A stretch of DNA of 61,994 nt, filler included. It is 4 parts of 4 records of this genome, joined end to end, with 100 filler letters (N's around TTAATTAATTAA, not from the genome) between each part and the next. Parts side by side here need not be neighbours in the genome. Positions count along the whole stretch, not along the records: positions 30,851 to 45,252 come from DRR378314_1713; 3 more parts are not named here. One strand, given 5' to 3'. A program made the position numbers and the translations under genes. The notes beneath the pieces are model-generated. The model worked only from the letters and a program-made list of their open reading frames with translations, was not told the origin of the DNA and did not search any database. Of this stretch, positions 31,046 through 44,255 are shown one piece after another (within the stretch, counting starts at the first letter, position 1; the number at the start of each line of letters is the position of its first letter).

Positions 31046-34000
31046 GGCAAAAGAGGCTGCGAAGGCAATGCGCAAGCGCCTGGAGAGCAAGGAGCCGCAG
31101 GTCGTGTACCTGACGTTCGCGGTACGTTTCACAAGAAAGGATGACGCGCGGTACATTTTCTCCTGCGGTGACAGACCCGCCGCGGGCTCTGCCGCAGCGT
31201 GCACCAGCGCGCGGTCTTCGCTCTGTTGGCGACAGTGTTGTTCGTGGGTCAATTTCACTGTAAACTAGTGCAACCACCCTAGCTACAGGTGCGCCGCTGG
31301 TATGCTTCGTCATTCCCTCGCGCTTGTGACATACGCCGGATGTGAGCTTATTTGGCGCCTTGGGGCATTTGTGGCGGTCGCTTCAAGTGTTTAACAAACC
31401 ACTGGAACGTGGCTGTCTGGTGTTGGCGAATAGGAATCTTAGAACGCCGGCGTGTAGAGTGTGGTACAGCCTGCAGCTTTGGTGCATGTTTCTGCGGCTG
31501 CCAGACCGCGATTGCTGCCGGGAGGATTTTTCGTGTTCTGGGGTGCCCTGGGCTGCTTGCACACGCGATCGGCCGCGTCCCCACGGGCACCCGAAGGTCG
31601 TCCGAGTGTGCTAGCGTGCGGGAAAGCTGCTATGCAAGTAGGGCGTGCGTGTCAGCGTGCACTTCCGTCAGCGTGCTATTGCGTATTGGTCTTTATATTC
31701 GCTGGTTTATACAACAATGGAGGTGCCGCAAGAACCGTGGGGGCTTGGCTCTGCGACGTGCGTGCCGGCTAGTAGCGCTGGCCTTTGTGCCCCAGAGCTT
31801 GTGTTTCGCATCTGATGGCGCAATGCTCCCTTGGCATGTCGTTCCCAGCAAGGCGCGTGAGGCAAGGCTTTCGCGCGTCACTTCTGCAAGCCCTGTCTGC
31901 GTTTACGTGGGTTTGTATTCTTTCCTCTCGAAGTTGCAAAGTCATTATGGTGTATGCTGCACATGGGCCAAAGTGCGGCACAGAATATTCTCTTCGTGCG
32001 CTGAACGTGCGGGAGGTGCTGTAGTCGCTGCGCTGCGGCTTCTGAAGCACGCGAGGGAACGGAGGGGGTGTGCTCGCCTCGAGTCGGTCGCTGGGGCGCG
32101 AGCGCCTGTTGCTGCCCCTGAGCCATAGGGAGCGCTCTAGGGCTCGAAGGGCGCGGCAGTCGCTCCCCTCGGCTGCTCAGCGCGCGGGCAAGCATTTTCC
32201 ACCGCAGCAGCTCCCCTTCTGCGGGCGGAAAAGGCCCTCGTCTCTCCATAGGTACTCTCGTACACGGCGCGCGTGCGCGTACACTATAGAAGCTTAGTTT
32301 GATCAGACGGAACATGGTGCCACGGTCCTACTTCTGATGAGCGCACACGAAGGGGCGCGTGCAGACGGCGCTCGAAAATTCTCTGTGGCCCGTCCCTACA
32401 GGTCGTTTGTGCTGCGCGCTGACGCTGGGGCGCATTTCGTTCTGTGCTCTTGGATTCCTCTGTCCCTCGCTCTCGGTGCGGCGCTTCTGTTCTCCCCGGT
32501 GCAGCTTGTGGACGTTTGCATCGAGTCGTGCTTTGACACGGATGATGATAATGCGGACAAGTTTTTGCAACAGTTGGCGTCGAAGAGCTTTGTTGCTGCC
32601 CTTGTGGACTCTCTCTCCAAGAAGGTGAACCGGCAAAAGGCGCGCGTTGCTTTCCTTGGCTAGGCAGGGAAGGCGAGGAGGGTGGTTTGGGCAAGCTTGT
32701 CTGCTGGGCGGGGTCCCCTTTTGCTACCGTATGTAGGCAGAACGCATTCCACTTCGCGATATTGAAGCCCCAGTATATTGGCTCGTTGTATTCGGGCTAT
32801 AGTTGCTGCAGCATTTGATCGAAAGCGTTGTCTTGGTCGGGATCGCGTTGCCGCTTGCGGCAAGGTGGAAACCCGGGAGTCGAGGTCGCCTCGGGTTTGC
32901 CGCGTGCTTCTACCCTAGTTGGCTGATGCCCTCTATGTGAACGGAAGCACTGCGCTGCGGCCATTTGTGCCTTGTAAGCCAGCAACGTGCAGCGAGTGTT
33001 TGCTGATTATAGATTATAGTTTTAATTACTCTCCCACGCAGCGGTCACATACCACGCGCAGGCGCGGGAAGTTAAACCCGCGAGGTTTGTGCTGGTTGTT
33101 CATGGAGAGGTGGTGTGGCCTTCTTGTGGGGCTCGCGTCGCCTTTTGTTCCCTTTTGCCTTTTGTACCGACCACTGCGTGCCTTTTTGCGTTGTAGACTA
33201 TGTCGAGCTCTCAGGCCAAGAGAATCGCATCGTACATCCAGAAGTGGGGTCTTCTCTTCGGCAAGGACCACCCGAAATACTCTGTGTTCTACGAGACGTA
33301 TCGGTCGCTTCAGAAGAAGGGTAAGTGGGATTGCCAGCGAGAGCGTCGTCTGCCGATCGATCTAGGGCGCGTGCGCGTACCCTCTCTTGCAATTGGTATA
33401 TTCGGATCTCGGCCCGAGGCTCCGTGCTCGGAGTGGATGAGGCGCTCAGAGTCATACGCGCAAACGCCATTATTGTTGGTTGCTTCTTGTTGTTGATCAT
33501 GCCTTGCACGTGTCACGCTGTCGGCCCCATATGCGAACGCAGGAGTCGATTTCCCTGTTGAGCGCACGGATGACCAGAGCGAGACGGGCTCCACGACAAC
33601 TGACGTACGTTTTACGTAGAGCTACGCGTTGCCGCTGGTAGATGCGTTGTTGGCACTCTACGGCGGAGCGCGCAGAATAGTGTGCGCGTGAACACCAGCG
33701 GCTCGTATCCGAGAACTGGTTGGCTTGCGGACGCGCTGTCAGAGCGTGATGTGCGAGAATGCGCTCGAGTTGGACGGCTTGGTGGCCCCTTCGTTGCCCT
33801 TACACGTTCTTCTCGCTTGCATGATTGCCTTTTCCCTGCAGACGCTCGATGATGATTTCTCCAATCTTCACGTTGAAGATGACCCGGATGAGCGCCTGCG
33901 CGCTGATCTGTTGATCATTCAGGAAAACGTTGATATCGTACGTTGGCCGCTTCTGCGCGCCTCACCGCGGTTTTGCGCACGCACGTACACCCACGGCGCG

Positions 34001-37000
34001 ACACTCAGAGCATAGGAGGGGCGCAGCAGCGAACCCTGGAACTGGTGCGCTTACATGGCCGGTGTGCCGCTACTGCTCCTTTTCTCCAATGGGCCTGTAC
34101 GAACCATTTTGTAGCTTGCAGAAATGCTCGAGGCAGTCGACCCGAAGGAAGAAGATGTGTCGAACAATGACATTGTGCAAGAGCTCGTGTTCAACTGCCA
34201 GGCAATGCAGGTACGTTTCCGCTGCGGGCGGGTATGGTGGGCAAGGCATGTAGCAATGCATGCTGTGTACGTAGCTTTGCGAGTGACAATCTACGCATCT
34301 GGTTATTGGTTATGTCGCCGCACATACGATTGCAGTACTGTTTTGAGAGCAGGGGATCGCGAAAGAAGTTATTATTATTATTTATTACTCGTGTTGCGTG
34401 CGCTCACGCTGCGGGGAACGGCGACTGGACTGTCTTTCTTGCGCACCGGTCGATCACTGCTGTACACAGGTTTCCCACCCCCAACGCGCTCTACCCCGCC
34501 CGCTTTGGGCTCCTTTGTGCTCGCGCGAATGAGTCGTGCGTATTGTGCGATTGATCTCTTTCCGCATTTTGCCGTGCGTACGCGTTGTGCCCTTGTAGCC
34601 GCACCTCATGGTGCTCATTCAAGAGGTCCAGACCGATAGCCTCCGGAAAGACCTGCATGATCTGTACCAAAAGCTTGAAGACACTCTTGTGCGCTACGAG
34701 ACACTCAAGGACCAGACCAAGGTATGGGCTGTTGCGTGGCTTATCGCGTCGCGTCCTGCCTCGCCGCGCTGGCGGAGGCATCCGTGTTGCGGGTATGCTG
34801 CAGTGAAGTAGGGCAGAAACGAAATCCACTCACCGCCCTTTGCGTATTCGGTCATCGCGCGTTGGAATGGCGCTCCTGTATTGTATAGGCGTACGTGGAG
34901 TCCCTCAAGACGCAGGCCGACAAGAAGCAGGCCCAGCTCATCAAGATGGCCGACAAGACCGGCGACGAAGAGCTTTCGGCGCTCAAGGATGAAATGTTTG
35001 ACATTCTGGACCAGGAGAACAGCGTGCTGCGCGAGGAGCTTCGCCGTCTCCAGGCGCTTCTTGTCCTGAAAGAGGAAGGCGCGCACCACCTGGCTCCTGA
35101 TGCACGCGCCACGCCTGACCTCAGCAAAGACGAGATTGTGCGCCGTGAGCGCCAGGCGCGCGAGGAGGCCGAGCAGCTCAAGCGTAAGCTTGAGGAGAAG
35201 GAATCGTCGCTTCAACAGCAAATGCGCGCCAAGGGCGGCAGCATCATCGCGCGCGAAAAGGACCTGCAGAAGGAGCTGGAGAAGTACAAGAAGATGCTCC
35301 AACAGCAGGAAAGCAAGGCCGAGGCGGAGAAGCGCGAGCTGCTCAGCCGCCTTGAGTCCGAGGAGGGCAAGCTGTCGAAGGAGGGCGCCAAGCTCGATGA
35401 AAAGATCGCAAAGAAGAACAAGCAGGCCGACATCGACAAAAAGGCCGAGGTCGACGAGCGTCTGCAGAATGCGCATGCAGAGATCGAGCGCCTTCGCAAC
35501 GAGATGCGTGCCAAGGAAGACGAGCAGAACATGCAGGTTGAGGAACTTTTGGCCGAGCGCGAGCGCAAGGCGAAAGAAGAAATGGAAGACATCCTGCGCG
35601 AGAAGGAGTCCGAGTACAACCGCCAGATCGGCCGCATGATGGAGGACATGAAGAAGAAGGAGGCCGAGTTCAACGAGCAGATGGCCAAGGTGCTCAAGAA
35701 GGGCCAGGAAGCCTCGGCATCCGAGGTTGAGAAGCTGCGCAAGCTCATGGAGGACAAGGAGCGCCAGTCCAGGGAGGAGATGGAGCGCATCCAGCACAAG
35801 CTCAAAGAAAAGGAAGCGTGGGCGGATGCTGAGGTTGCCCGCACGCAGGAGAAGATCGAGGCCGAGCGCAAGCGCATCGAGAACGAGCGCGAGTCCGAGC
35901 GCAAGGAGCGCGAGGCCAAGCAGCGCGAGGAGATTGAGCGTGTCAAGCAGCAGATTGCTGCCGCCGAGGCACAAAAGACGAAAGAGCTCGAGTCGAAGCT
36001 GGACGAGAAGGAGCGCGAGGCGCGTGATGCGCTGACGAAGTACTTGTCGGAAATGAAGCTGCGCAAGAAGCTGCACAACGAAATCCAGACGATGAAGGGC
36101 AATATCCGCGTCTACTGCCGTGTCCGCCCGATCAAGTCGACGGAAGGCGAGTCGTGCATGAAAGTGTATCCGCAGGACGAAGACGAGGACGAGGGCACGA
36201 TCGGCGTCCTTTCCGGGGACGGCAAGGAGAAGAAGTACGCGTTTGAGCGCGTCTTCGGCTCCAAGTCGACGCAATCGGAAATTTTCCGCCACACCAAGGG
36301 TTTGGTGCAGTCTGCGCTCGACGGGTACCCCGTCTGCATTTTTGCTTACGGGCAGACCGGTTCGGGAAAGACGCACACGATGGAAGGGCCTCCTGAAGAT
36401 CCGGGCGTGAACTTCCGCGCTCTCGAGGCACTGTTCGAGACCGTTGCTGAGGAAGAGGAGCGCGGCACGAGCAAGCACACGATCGAGGTGGCGATGTTTG
36501 AGATCTACAACGAAAAGATCCGCGATCTGCTCCGCGATCCGGGCTCTGCAGAAAAGAACCTCGAGATCCGTATGGGCTCGAAGGGTCCGTTTGTGCCGGA
36601 CGCACGCCTGGAGGCGGTGGCAACGATGGATGATGTTCGCCGCGTGTACGACAATGGCAAGAAGACGCGCTCGACACACGCAACCAACATGAACGAGCAC
36701 TCTTCGCGCTCGCACATGATTCTCTCCGTGTACACCACGGGCGAGAACCTGGCCACCGGCGAAAAGACGTACGGAAAGCTGCATCTGATCGATCTTGCCG
36801 GTTCCGAACGCGTCGGGCTTTCTGGCGCTGAAGGCGAGCGCCTCGAGGAGGCAAAGAACATCAACAAGTCGCTGCTCTGTCTCGGCGAGGTCATTGCGTC
36901 GCTCTCGTCGGGAACGAAGCATGTGCCATACCGCAACTCGAAGCTCACGCACCTGCTCCAGGACTCGCTCGGCGGCTCGGCGAAGACGCTCATGTTCCTC

Positions 37001-37183
37001 GCCATTGCGCCCGCGGGTGAGTACATGGGCGAGTCGCTGTGCTCGCTGAACTTCGGCAAGCGCGCGCGCACTGTCGAGCTGGGCAAGGCCAAGAAGAACA
37101 AGGACGAGAGCGATTTGACCAAGTACAAGACCATGATCAACAAGATGGACTCTGCCATGACCAAGGCGAAGACGAAGAAGTAG
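31046..37183 (+). CDS. Eukaryotic spliced gene: VHS-GAT-coiled coil-C-terminal kinesin-14 motor (5' end not recovered)
   Basis: GT-AG exons 31046-31121, 32505-32624, 33197-33320, 33543-33604, 33842-33937, 34115-34210, 34599-34721, 34889-37183 join in frame; VHS (AKEAAKAMRKRL..; IQKW..F..Y..LQKKGVDFP), GAT (LAEML..IVQELVFNCQAMQ..L..RYE), kinesin neck RKKLHNEIQTMKGNIRVYCRVRP, GQTGSGKT, NEHSSRSH, DLAGSE, HVPYRNSKLT. Confidence 0.85.
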
Positions 37184-37931
37184 TCGCTGCGCCCGTGTAC
37201 GTGGACGGCGCACGCGCACCCGCTTTGCGCTCTGCCTTGCGCATCGATCGCGCGCGCGTGCGCCAGCGCGCAGAAGTGCAGACGCGAGCGGCCTGGTATA
37301 TTTGCTGGGTGCGCTTGCCTTTTTTTCTTCAACCCTGTGGTGTGTATGTGTTTGAGCAAACTAGTCCCGCCTAGAAGCTTGGGAGGAGCGGGGATGCTGT
37401 GCCCGCTGTGTGCATGCGGCGGTGCGCGGAGCGCGCGAGCAGAGCGGCGGCGGTCGCGGAATGGCATGTTTGCTGCCGCCGGAGTGCGCCGCTGCAGGTC
37501 TCCCGCAGCATCCGCGTCGCGATCTCGCATACCTCGTATCTGCACGCTTCGTGAAGAGTTTTCCGAGATTGTGCCGTCCTGGGCTGGCCAATGGTGCCGC
37601 TAGGAGTGTTGCGTCATATAGCATCTATGCTCGGTCGCGGCTGTGTGGCTCGTTGCTGTATCCTCCTGTGCAAGGGGGCGCCTCGTGGCTGCAAAGCTTA
37701 CGGAGTAAATGGACAGGCTGCTGCGCGGCGTGCGCTATCCGGAGCGCACTCCTTCCACTGCCGGCGACGATTGGTAAAGCCACTTTCTTTGCACGATTTC
37801 TTTCGCTTGCCCTCGTTCATTCCTTTTTCTTTTTGCAACATCTTGGCCTCTGCGCGTTGCGCGGAGGAGCCACACGGTCGGTCCAACAGGGGCAGCTGGG
37901 ACTGCACGAACGCTCTGGAAGGATTCGTCCG

Positions 37932-40900
37932 CTACCGCTTCAGCACAGTCAGCATCGCTCGCTCTGGGTGAAAAGCAGCGCGGTCGGTCACTTTTCCGCA
38001 GCCAAACAGGTTTAGCTTCTCCAGCATGACGCACGAGGAAATCACGCTTTCGATCGACGCGTCCGTGACGCGTACGCAGTCGCACAGCGACAGCGAACGC
38101 AGGCGCTTGCACAGCCGCGAAAGCTGCACAGCAGGTACACCGATCGTTCGACGGGCGAGAGGGGTGAATGGGATTTCCACACCACATGTAGCGCATATCA
38201 AAACCGGAGCGCCTCGCACGATAATTAACAAACTCCGGAAATATCAACATACAAAAGAACGGAGGCTTGCGCACAGCCACCACGGCCGCACGCGCCACAG
38301 CAAAGGAATGAGCCGCAAGAAGGTCGCACTGGACGCCGCTGATGCGGCCTTCTGGAATTTCATTATTATTATTTTCAAAACTCCACCAATTCTCCATAGA
38401 GCACACGACTGCGCACAGGGAGATCATCCTAGAAAAGTGGGTATCTGCGCCGCACCTCGATGACAGCGTGATCGGACACTTCGCGAACGCCGTCCAGCTC
38501 CAGGTGGCGAAGCGATGGGCAGTTTCTCCCGATCGCGAGGACGGTCTGGTCCGACACAGGGCATCTGCAATGGAAGCCACGCGGCGCAACGCAAGACCGT
38601 GGCGCGCGGCTGCATCAGAATCATTCCGCAAGGCGCGGCTGCGCTCGTGCAAGCGCAATGCTAATTCTCTGTGGCGCGGGGAAAGCGCACTGCTTTCGTC
38701 CACACTGGCACGCGGCGAGTAGCAGAGCAAATCCCGCAACAGATACTCCGTGTGGCGTAGATTGACACGATGCCCGCGGCGTACCGCGACAGCGAAAGAG
38801 CTTTGATATGCTTGAGTTTCGGCACAAGGGGGAGGAGAACAGCATCGCTTGCCGACATGACCCCGGTGAGACGGAGCATCTCGAGTTGCGGTGCGACCTT
38901 GACCAGGTTCTCAAACGATGTCGCGGTAACCTTGCATCTGCGCACCGTGGCACGAAGGGGCGCGACGAAGAGGTCGTAGTCAGAAACCAACAATTTTCTT
39001 TTCACGCTGGCGCGGCTTCAAAAGAGCGGGATCGGGTCCTTGTGTAACTGAGACACAGCGACACCGCGCGCGTGGTCGCTCGAACTTATCTCACGAAATA
39101 TAACCTCTCCGCGCGCTGCATCGCCATCGTGCGTCCAGCTTGGCCCAGCAGATCAAAACGAATAGCAATACAGATATACAAAAGCACACGCACCTCTGTG
39201 CGTTGCAATGGAAAGGGAGGCGACGGCCGCAAAGGTTCCACGGCACGTGCCAGCAAGGCCCTACTGCAGAATCCAAGTGAACAACAACGTTGGCCGAGTT
39301 CCGCCCCGGCGCACGGCCGCAATCAAACGAACCTACGAATATCCAATTCCTTCAACGAGGCGCACTTGTCGGCAATGGCGAGCACGCCGACATCTGTGAC
39401 TTTTGTGTGAGCGACACCCACGCGTGACAAGTATCGCAGCTCGCCCATTGAGCGGAAGGACGCATCCGACACCTGCGTGTTTGCAACGGCAGAACTTGCA
39501 GTAAGCGCAATGGAGCGAATGCGACGACAAGGAAGTTCGGCAACGGCATTGTGCGAGGTACCACACGGTAAACAGGATGTTCGGCAGTCCGCATCCACGT
39601 ACGTTGGCGCAGTCACGGAGCTCCAGGTACTGCAGGCGAGTCATGTACAGCAACACTTTCTCCACTGCATCGTCGCTCACATTCTGGCAGCCTTCCAGCA
39701 AGAGTTCCTGCACAACACACGGTACAGTTTACGCAAACCAGCAATTGTCAAAGAGCGCATGTTAGTGCGCTTGCTGCGAACGACCGAACGCAAACGCTGC
39801 CGCCGCCAATTTCACAGGGTCAAGCGGGTGCGAGCACCTGTCATGCACCCACCGCGCCAGGGCTCTCCGAAAACTTCACGCCACCAGAAGCGGCACCACG
39901 CACTTTGTCCCTAGCTGCGGCCATTTGTAGCGATGCTACACATCCCTGCTGCAGGTAGAGTGTGGGGCGCGGCGAAGGCTTCCATGATTCTATACAGCCC
40001 AAGGAACAGTAGTAGCGAGAAAGGCAGCCTGTACCTTCAACAAAAGGGCAGCAGCTTGCGCCAACGGGAAGAAATTTCATAGCAACACGGGCAGCATGAA
40101 TAGCACCGCAGAACTCTTGGCGTACATATGGTCGCAAAGCATCGCAGATGCAGTTGCAGTTGTAGAGGCAACATCAACAACACCCGCTGCTATGCTCGTA
40201 TAGCGGACGCAGCCGCGAGCGTACCCGGATATCTCTGCAACGGCGCGAAACTTGCTTGAGCCCTACTCCGGTAAGCCTTGAGCAATAGGACAAGTCGAGA
40301 TACGTCAAACCAGTCAGCGTCTGCGATATATATTCGAGCGCGTCGTCTGCCACCTGGAAAGGAACGAATACCATGCACCGAGTAGGGGAATCAATTCCCA
40401 GGGCCACAGCATGTCCTCTGGTTGGTCCCAAGGTGGGAGTGGTGCTACAATTACGAGCGATAGAGGTACTCCGAACACTGCGTAGCAATGGGCCCTCGCC
40501 CACGTCGCCGCATACTCTCTCTCAACGAAAAAAATTAAAGAACAGCAAACAAACAGAAACAGCAACAACATCATGCTGCAAAGGATGTTTGTAGTCTGAA
40601 TCGATTTATTGTTTCTCTCCTCTCTTCTGTTTCCATCCATCGAAAAAATACTACACAAAGGCAAAGGTGGGCGCACGTTGAAGCAGGCCTACTTCCCAGT
40701 GCGCGTGCAGCAACGAACGGGAAACCTCTGTCAAAAGACATTGCGCGCAAGAGTACGACCGGAAAGGGGCCGCCGCAATCCATTCGATACAAGGCCGGTC
40801 CATGATTGGTGCATACAAAAGGCTGACGTAATTTGTGGAGAGTGATCACTTTCGCGACGGGAAACGACCGGCCATACCTTGTCGCAGCCGCGCAGGACGA

Positions 40901-43900
40901 GCCGCTGCAGTCCCATGCAGGTTGACGCAGCAACTTCGACAGTCTTTGACGACAGGTTGCAGCACCACGACAGGTCCAGTTCTTCCAAACTGCACAAAGC
41001 GAAAGAATGAAACGGTCTCGTATAAGCACACGTGACCTCGCGAAAATTCTTAGAACTCGCTACGGCTGGAAAGACAACTTTGCCGCCACACTATTAGTTT
41101 CCGAGTGCGATTGCAGCTGATCGATAGGACTCATCCAAAACCGTCATTTTACGCGCCAAAGCTGGGCGCAACGAACACGAGGTGCAACAGAAGCAGTGCT
41201 CACGGACACACACTATGTTTAAAATGCATGTCCCAGTGGCCCTTCCTTGGACACGAGGCATATATGGCTGCAAGAATACTACTCGTTACGACGAGATCCG
41301 GATTGAGGGTGAGGATTACGGACCTCTTGCACACACTCAGGGCCTTCGCTGTGGCGCTGTCTGTAAGTTTGACGCAATAGGCCAGGTTGAGCGAGCGGAA
41401 GCGTCCGCCGGATTTCGCAATTTCTTCCGCTGTTACATCGGTGATGCTCTTGCACTCGGCCAATGATAGCGAGAGAAGCGAGCGGCACCCGCGCAGAATT
41501 GTCACCATTGCGGCGTCCGTGAAGCTCCAGGGCAGCCTTGCCTCCTGTACATTGTCGCGGAGCGTTTCCACACGAGCGCACGCTGTGCGTGTTAGCGCAG
41601 CGAGCGTGATCGGGAGGGCACATACGCCCCCCCCCAAGAAAACAGGTCCGCCAGCCCACGCCAATGTGCAGTGCTGCCATTCACAGGTGACAGGCACGGC
41701 CTCCTTTTAGGCAAGTGCGCGCAAAGGTACTTGTGCTTTCGTGGTATCGCGGCAAACGCAAAATACACCCCGAAGCAGTCCCCTGCAAACAAAAGGGCGG
41801 TCTCGGACTTTTACGAAACACCGCTGGCGTAATGAACATTCAAGCACACGATGATGTGAACCGAACACACTCAAATTTGACGTCTCCGATTCACTCGCTG
41901 GCACTGCCACATACGGGGCAATGACTAAAAGAAAAGACAGAGCTCTATTCATCCGCACCTCGAGCCCTGCGCACAGAGAAATGTCGCGCGACGCCTCATC
42001 ACGGATATTATAGCATCCTGATATATCGAGCCTGCAGGAGCCGCATCACAGTCGGAAACAAAATCAAACCGTGTCACTATCAGGTCCGTGGCGCAAAGGC
42101 GGAGGGGAGGAGAAGCGCCTGGGATCTACACCACGCAGAGAAGTGGCGTAAATTCCTTTCTTTTCGATCTCGCAGAACCTCCGTCTCTGATCATCACGAT
42201 CCTCCGTTCTCTACTGTGCCATACGATGGTGACGGCGAAAAGCACAGTGCATCTTCAAGCGTGCGGTAATAGTTCAGGTACAAATCACCTGCGTGCATTG
42301 CTGTGTGACTACTAGCGTGCTTGGTCAGGGTACAAGGCATGAGCGTGTGCGGAGGAGGGGACAGAGGAAGGAGATGTGGATAGCGGAGGAGAAACTGCAC
42401 AAGACGGTGGCAAAACGACAGGGGGCACAGCAACCAAACAACTGGACACCGCGGAAACTATGCCTTGGACACGTAGCGATGCTGTGCCGCTATGGAAAGA
42501 GAGAGGAGGTTCATGCGCGTGTACTCCATTCACAAGTAGAAGAACGGAATGCGGCAGCCGTGATGTGCCTGAATCGCGCGCGCACAGACACATGATAGTG
42601 ACATGCATAGTGAACTTTAAAAAAAACAACAACTTGATGTCAAGGCACATTCCTCGTAAGCAACTCCCAGAAGTTCCAACGTACACTTTCAGTTTCGGGC
42701 AACGGCGACCAATCAGCTGGAGCGCACGCGAGTCGAGAAGAGCGCAGTGCGATAGGTCGAGAACTTGGATCTGCTCGCAGTTCGACGTCACCTGTATAGC
42801 AAAGGGAAAAGTGGCAAGCGAAGGCACGATGTCGATTACGGGGAGTACTATGTGGAGGGTCTCTAACGCAGGAAGAGGAGTCGACAGCGGGTACAGACGC
42901 AGCGAATCGGTGCAGGGTTGTAATGCAGATCCTTGCGTGCGCGCACGTACACTTTGAACGCCAAGCGAGCTGATGCGCATGCATTGTGAGAGCCTACACG
43001 CATTCGGGAAAAGAAAAGTAGAGACACGAGGCCTATGGGGTGAGAGTGTAAACAGCATCCCTGGCGCGTCCAGTTTGGAAGTCGCAACCTTGCACTGCAC
43101 CATGCCCCGCATTTCTCGCGACGATCTATGGCACAATTCAGGCACACTGTGCGCGATATGGGAACGTAGCGAGCAAATGGGCAACGCTAAGAAAATGCAG
43201 AATTAAAGAGGAACGTCGAATACGGCTGCTACGGAGCTGGCGAGTAACGTGCATAACTGCAGGCGAGAAAAGCAGCGGACAAACGCACCTGAGCGTAACA
43301 ATGGAGCGCGAGTACGTTGCAAACGCCTCCATTGTGTCATCCGTTACTGTCACACATCCCGACAAGTTAACATGACCAAGGCGTCGGCAGCGCTGTAAAA
43401 TGGCGGCTACTCCCTGGAGAATACAAAAAGCAGCGAGGTAGATGAAAGGTAGCCGCACAGCAGCAAACCGCATGGCGAACACAATGAGCGCAGGACTTTG
43501 GAAGGGATGAGCTTGCCAGTGCGCTCTGGCATTCCAGCGACATGCCCGCGGTTTTGCATTATTATTTTTCTCGTGCATCCCGCCCAAAATTTGGCCAGTT
43601 GACAAAAAGAAACACAATGACAGCCATTATTTCCGCTACTTTAAATGCACATAAACATGAAGATTTCCCTTTCACTCCACGCGAAGAGCGCCAAAACGAA
43701 GTGCGACTTCAGACAACGTACAACGTCGCTCACTGCTGCGCACCCGCGCAGGGAGATTTTCTCGAGGTCAGGGTAAGCATCTGCAATTATCTTTAAAGAC
43801 TCATCATTTATCTGCAAAACGAAGGAAGGCATCCAATACGGGGAATAATCATACACGAGATAATAAGATTGGAGAGTAAGGCGAGTCGCCTGGTGTTGTG

Positions 43901-44255
43901 GATGATTAATGTGTTGGCATGTAGAGCATACGTGCGGCACAACACCCGCACGATACGGCAGAGGACCGAGCAAACCCTCCGCATGGCACATACCAACGGC
44001 ACGAGGTGGGCATATGCAGACTCGCCAACGCGCGTAATTCAAGCGCGACGGTTGCTTCCACCTAACCCAAGGAAACCTTATACTGAGAAAGAAAATTTAA
44101 AATTGCAAGGAGCGCTGGCAAATCCCCCTAATTGCTGCGCCGTACGTACCTGTGTGCTGCCATCGAGCACTAACGTATGCACTCGGCGGCACTGCGTCGT
44201 GAGGAGCTTGACGACCTCCGGGCGGGCGATCTCGCTCAAACCCACGGCGGTAAAA
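37932..44255 (-). CDS. Eukaryotic spliced gene: cysteine-containing LRR protein (FBXL/AMN1-like); 5' exons unresolved
   Basis: 14 GT-AG exons with consistent phases: 44150-44255, 43722-43811, 43289-43413, 42951-42993, 42685-42791, 41959-42031, 41324-41544, 40878-40989, 40225-40353, 39603-39707, 39333-39472, 38785-38937, 38456-38564, 37932-38123; repeated C..L..L.LS.C..VTD units. Confidence 0.85.

Noticed and set aside
34895-37183. Kinesin as a horizontally acquired bacterial gene
   Set aside because: It is the last exon of a spliced gene on a separate eukaryotic contig; the GTG start is not a real start
34694-37219. 841-aa minus-strand ORF
   Set aside because: Antisense shadow of the codon-biased kinesin exon; no recognisable motifs
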